From a bacterium (GTDB taxonomy: Bacteria > Zhuqueibacterota > Zhuqueibacteria > Residuimicrobiales > Krinioviventaceae), in NCBI GenBank assembly GCA_963675755.2, contig CAXXMD010000003.1, positions 2,208,001-2,272,000 of the forward strand: 64,000 nt of DNA, written 5' to 3'. The notes under the pieces are model-generated. The model was not told where the DNA came from. It saw nothing but the letters and a program-made list of their open reading frames with translations, and ran no database searches. Positions 61,391 to 64,000 of the stretch are shown here, one piece after another. The position numbers and the translations under genes were made by a program. Every line of letters begins with the position of its first letter. Position 1 is the first letter of the stretch.

Positions 61391-63766
61391 ATGGATTTGA
61401 GAAAAACATCCCCACATTTGATTATTTTTTTTCTTTTATTAAATTCTATAGAGATTTTTGGTTTACCCGCAAGACGCCAGGTCATTAATTTTGATTTTGA
61501 CTGGAAGTTTAACCTGGGTGATATTACCGGTGCGTCAAAAGAAAAATTCAAAGATGCAGAATGGCGCCAGCTTGATTTACCCCACGATTGGAGTATTGAG
61601 CAGGAATTTGATGAGAACTTGCAAAACGGGCGGCGAAATGCCTGGCTGTCTGGTGGTGTTGGCTGGTATCGGAAACATTTCGAGTTAAAGGATATTCAGG
61701 ACAAGCAGGTGTACATCCAGTTTGATGGTGTGTATCATCAAAGCGATGTTTATATTAATGGAAAACGATTGGGTTTCCGTCCTTATGGATATGTCAGCTT
61801 TTTGTACGATCTTACACCACATCTCAAAAAAGGTGAAAATGTAATCGCCGTTCGTGTAGACCATTCGAATGCACCCTCTTCCCGGTGGTATTCCGGTTCA
61901 GGTATTTACCGGCATGTAAAGTTGATAATCACTTCTCCTATGCATGTAGAGCCCTGGGGCACCTATGTTACAACGGACAAGATTTCTAAAGAATCCGCAC
62001 ATGTGGATATCCATACCACTGTGATTAACAAGAATATTACCGCGCGTGACTGTCATTTGGAAACCGTCATCAAAGACAGTCAGGGCAAAGTTGCCGCAAA
62101 AGTCTCGAATGTTTTCAATATTGTTTCCGGCGGTACACACACATTTGATCAACAACTGACTATTCAAAATCCCCGTTTATGGTCCATAGATTCTCCCGAG
62201 TTGTATACCGCAGAGAGCAATGTGTACAAGGATCAGGATCTTGTAGATACGTATATTACAACCTTTGGTGTACGAGATATCCGTTTTGACGCACAAAAGG
62301 GGTTCTTTATAAATGACAAAAATGTATTGTTGAAAGGTATGAACCTGCATCAAGATGCCGGGTGTGTAGGTACTGCTGTACCTGACCGGGTTTGGGAGCG
62401 TCGACTCGAAAAGGTCAAATCCCTGGGCTGTAACGCTATCCGCATGAGTCATAATCCCCCTGCGCCAGAGATTTTGGACATGTGCGACCGCATGGGATTT
62501 ATCGTGATCGATGAAGCATTCGACAAGTGGAAATCCATGTATTATGAATCATACTTTGATGACTGGTGGCAGGCGGATGTGGAAGCCATGCTGAAACGCG
62601 ACCGGAACCATCCCTCTATTGTGCTATGGAGTGTAGGCAATGAGGTGAGCGAGGCCTCAAAACCGGAAGGTGTCAAAAGATTGAAAATGTTGGTGGATTT
62701 TGTGCACAAATACGAACCTTCCCGTCTGGTGACTTGTGTAGTACAACCCAGTCGTGCTGATGATATGAATCCCAGTGGATTTGCAGAGGCCATGGATGTG
62801 GTGGGCTATAATTATATGGAGCCCTGGTACAAAAAGCACAAGGCCGAGTATCCCAAACGGATTATGTTTGGAGCAGAGTGCTATCCTTTTTATCGCGGCA
62901 GAGAATACCAGTACAAGGCGTTTGTGCCTGATAATCCCTGGTACGATGCTGTGGAAAATGAATTTGTGTTTGGGTATTTCATGTGGGCGGGCATCGATTA
63001 TTTGGGTGAAAGCAGCGGATGGCCCAGCAAAGGATGGCCTACAGGCATCATCAATACCTGTGGTTATATAAAACCCAATGCCTGGTTCTTTAAAAGCCAA
63101 TGGAAGCCAGAAGAACCGCTGGTACGTATAACCGTCCAGTATGACGGATTGGATATGGACCACGGCAAGGCGCACTGGAGCTGGCCCAAGCTTGCAGAGC
63201 ATTGGACTTTTCCCGAACTTACCGGACAGGTGCTGCGCGTTGAAACTCCCACCAATTGTGAGACGGTTGAACTGCTTTTGAACGGATTCTCGTATGGTGA
63301 GAAAAAGACCTCGGATTATACAAATTCGACGGTGGTCTGGTATGTGCCCTATGCAAGTGGTACCTTGCAGGCTATTGGTCGTAATAAAGGTGAAATATCT
63401 GCTTCGCATGTGCTGGAATCCGCGGGTGATGTACAGCGTATACTTGTAAGCATTGACCGTAAAGAGTTAAAGGCGAACGGACAGGATGTAGCACATTTGA
63501 ATATTTCACTGGTGGATGCGGAAGGGCGTCTGGTTCCCAATGCGGACAGGCTGCTTACGCTCAAGATCAATGGCCCGGGACGCTTAATTGGCTTTGATAA
63601 TGGCGATCTGCGCAGTAATGAATCATACAAAGCGAATACACGCACCAGCTATTGGGGAAGGGCTTTGGCTATTGTACAGTCCCACAGGTCTCCGGGAAGA
63701 ATATCGGTTAACATCTCTGCAGAGGGTGTTGAGGATAAATCGGTTGTGATCCGGACAGAGGAGTAA
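61391..63766 (+). CDS. Glycoside hydrolase family 2 (beta-galactosidase-like)
   Basis: LPHDWSIE, GWYRKHF, RWYSGSGIYR, NAIRMSHNP, RDRNHPSIVLWSVGNE, WAGIDYLGE. Confidence 0.93.
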   Translation: MDLRKTSPHLIIFFLLLNSIEIFGLPARRQVINFDFDWKFNLGDITGASKEKFKDAEWRQLDLPHDWSIEQEFDENLQNGRRNAWLSGGVGWYRKHFELKDIQDKQVYIQFDGVYHQSDVYINGKRLGFRPYGYVSFLYDLTPHLKKGENVIAVRVDHSNAPSSRWYSGSGIYRHVKLIITSPMHVEPWGTYVTTDKISKESAHVDIHTTVINKNITARDCHLETVIKDSQGKVAAKVSNVFNIVSGGTHTFDQQLTIQNPRLWSIDSPELYTAESNVYKDQDLVDTYITTFGVRDIRFDAQKGFFINDKNVLLKGMNLHQDAGCVGTAVPDRVWERRLEKVKSLGCNAIRMSHNPPAPEILDMCDRMGFIVIDEAFDKWKSMYYESYFDDWWQADVEAMLKRDRNHPSIVLWSVGNEVSEASKPEGVKRLKMLVDFVHKYEPSRLVTCVVQPSRADDMNPSGFAEAMDVVGYNYMEPWYKKHKAEYPKRIMFGAECYPFYRGREYQYKAFVPDNPWYDAVENEFVFGYFMWAGIDYLGESSGWPSKGWPTGIINTCGYIKPNAWFFKSQWKPEEPLVRITVQYDGLDMDHGKAHWSWPKLAEHWTFPELTGQVLRVETPTNCETVELLLNGFSYGEKKTSDYTNSTVVWYVPYASGTLQAIGRNKGEISASHVLESAGDVQRILVSIDRKELKANGQDVAHLNISLVDAEGRLVPNADRLLTLKINGPGRLIGFDNGDLRSNESYKANTRTSYWGRALAIVQSHRSPGRISVNISAEGVEDKSVVIRTEE

Positions 63767-63774
63767 GATTTTTG

Positions 63775-64000
63775 CAGGTAGTTATAAGTAATCAGTTGTC
63801 AGTATTCAGTTATCAGAAATGATTATCTCAGGAATTAACAAATGATCGTGAAAGATATTGTCTCTATCACGATCATTTTATTTATAAATGAACCACCCGC
63901 TTCGCTCGATGAACACAGATAAACGCAGATGATTCAAAAAGCGTCATTCTGTATTATATAAATTAATTTACACTCGTTCCAGGGCTCCGGCCTGGCCTTG
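63775..64000. repeat. Composite repeat hub 5 (runs off the window end)
   Basis: TCAGT heptamer tract; hairpin A variant AAATGATCGTGA...TCACGATCATTT at 63840-63878; AACCAC..GATGAACACAGATAAACGCAGAT; partial hairpin B from 63976. Confidence 0.8.

Noticed and set aside
62657-63409. Long antisense ORFs (also 10590-11279, 27206-27718, 45447-46013)
   Set aside because: They are shadow frames opposite well-supported genes and carry no domain motifs
1-64000. tRNA, rRNA, prophage, integrase or autonomous IS
   Set aside because: No cloverleaf or T-loop signature was seen in intergenic DNA and no ORF has phage, recombinase or transposase motifs

Overview
A 64-kb bacterial chromosomal segment with no rRNA, tRNA, CRISPR array, integrase or transposase gene. 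Three secreted proteins end in an FlgD-Ig/T9SS-like C-terminal domain ((N/C)YPNPFN) and there is a PorV-like protein, which suggests an FCB-group or KSB1/Calditrichota-like organism (inference). Gene content: carbohydrate-active enzymes (GH31, CE8, GH27, GH65-like, GH78, GH2, two DUF1080), a cymR-like rrf2-metY-cysK-metX-metW operon, two ECF sigma factors, superoxide reductase, upp, a folC-like gene, an ATP-grasp ligase, an orphan sbcD and accessory orphans. The most unusual signal is non-coding. Five intergenic 'hubs' (6770-7345, 12788-13555, 44700-45440, 53700-53905, 63775-64000) and two solo copies (2399, 9602) are built from shared modular repeats. These include a 34-bp hairpin with compensatory changes, short mini-hairpin inserts, and two hubs that are collinear inverted copies bracketing about 8.3 kb of genes. 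Also notable are a candidate sigma54-driven sRNA (41264-41436, minus strand) and an AT-rich membrane protein + PLD-like pair between hairpin copies. All calls are by eye, without database searches.
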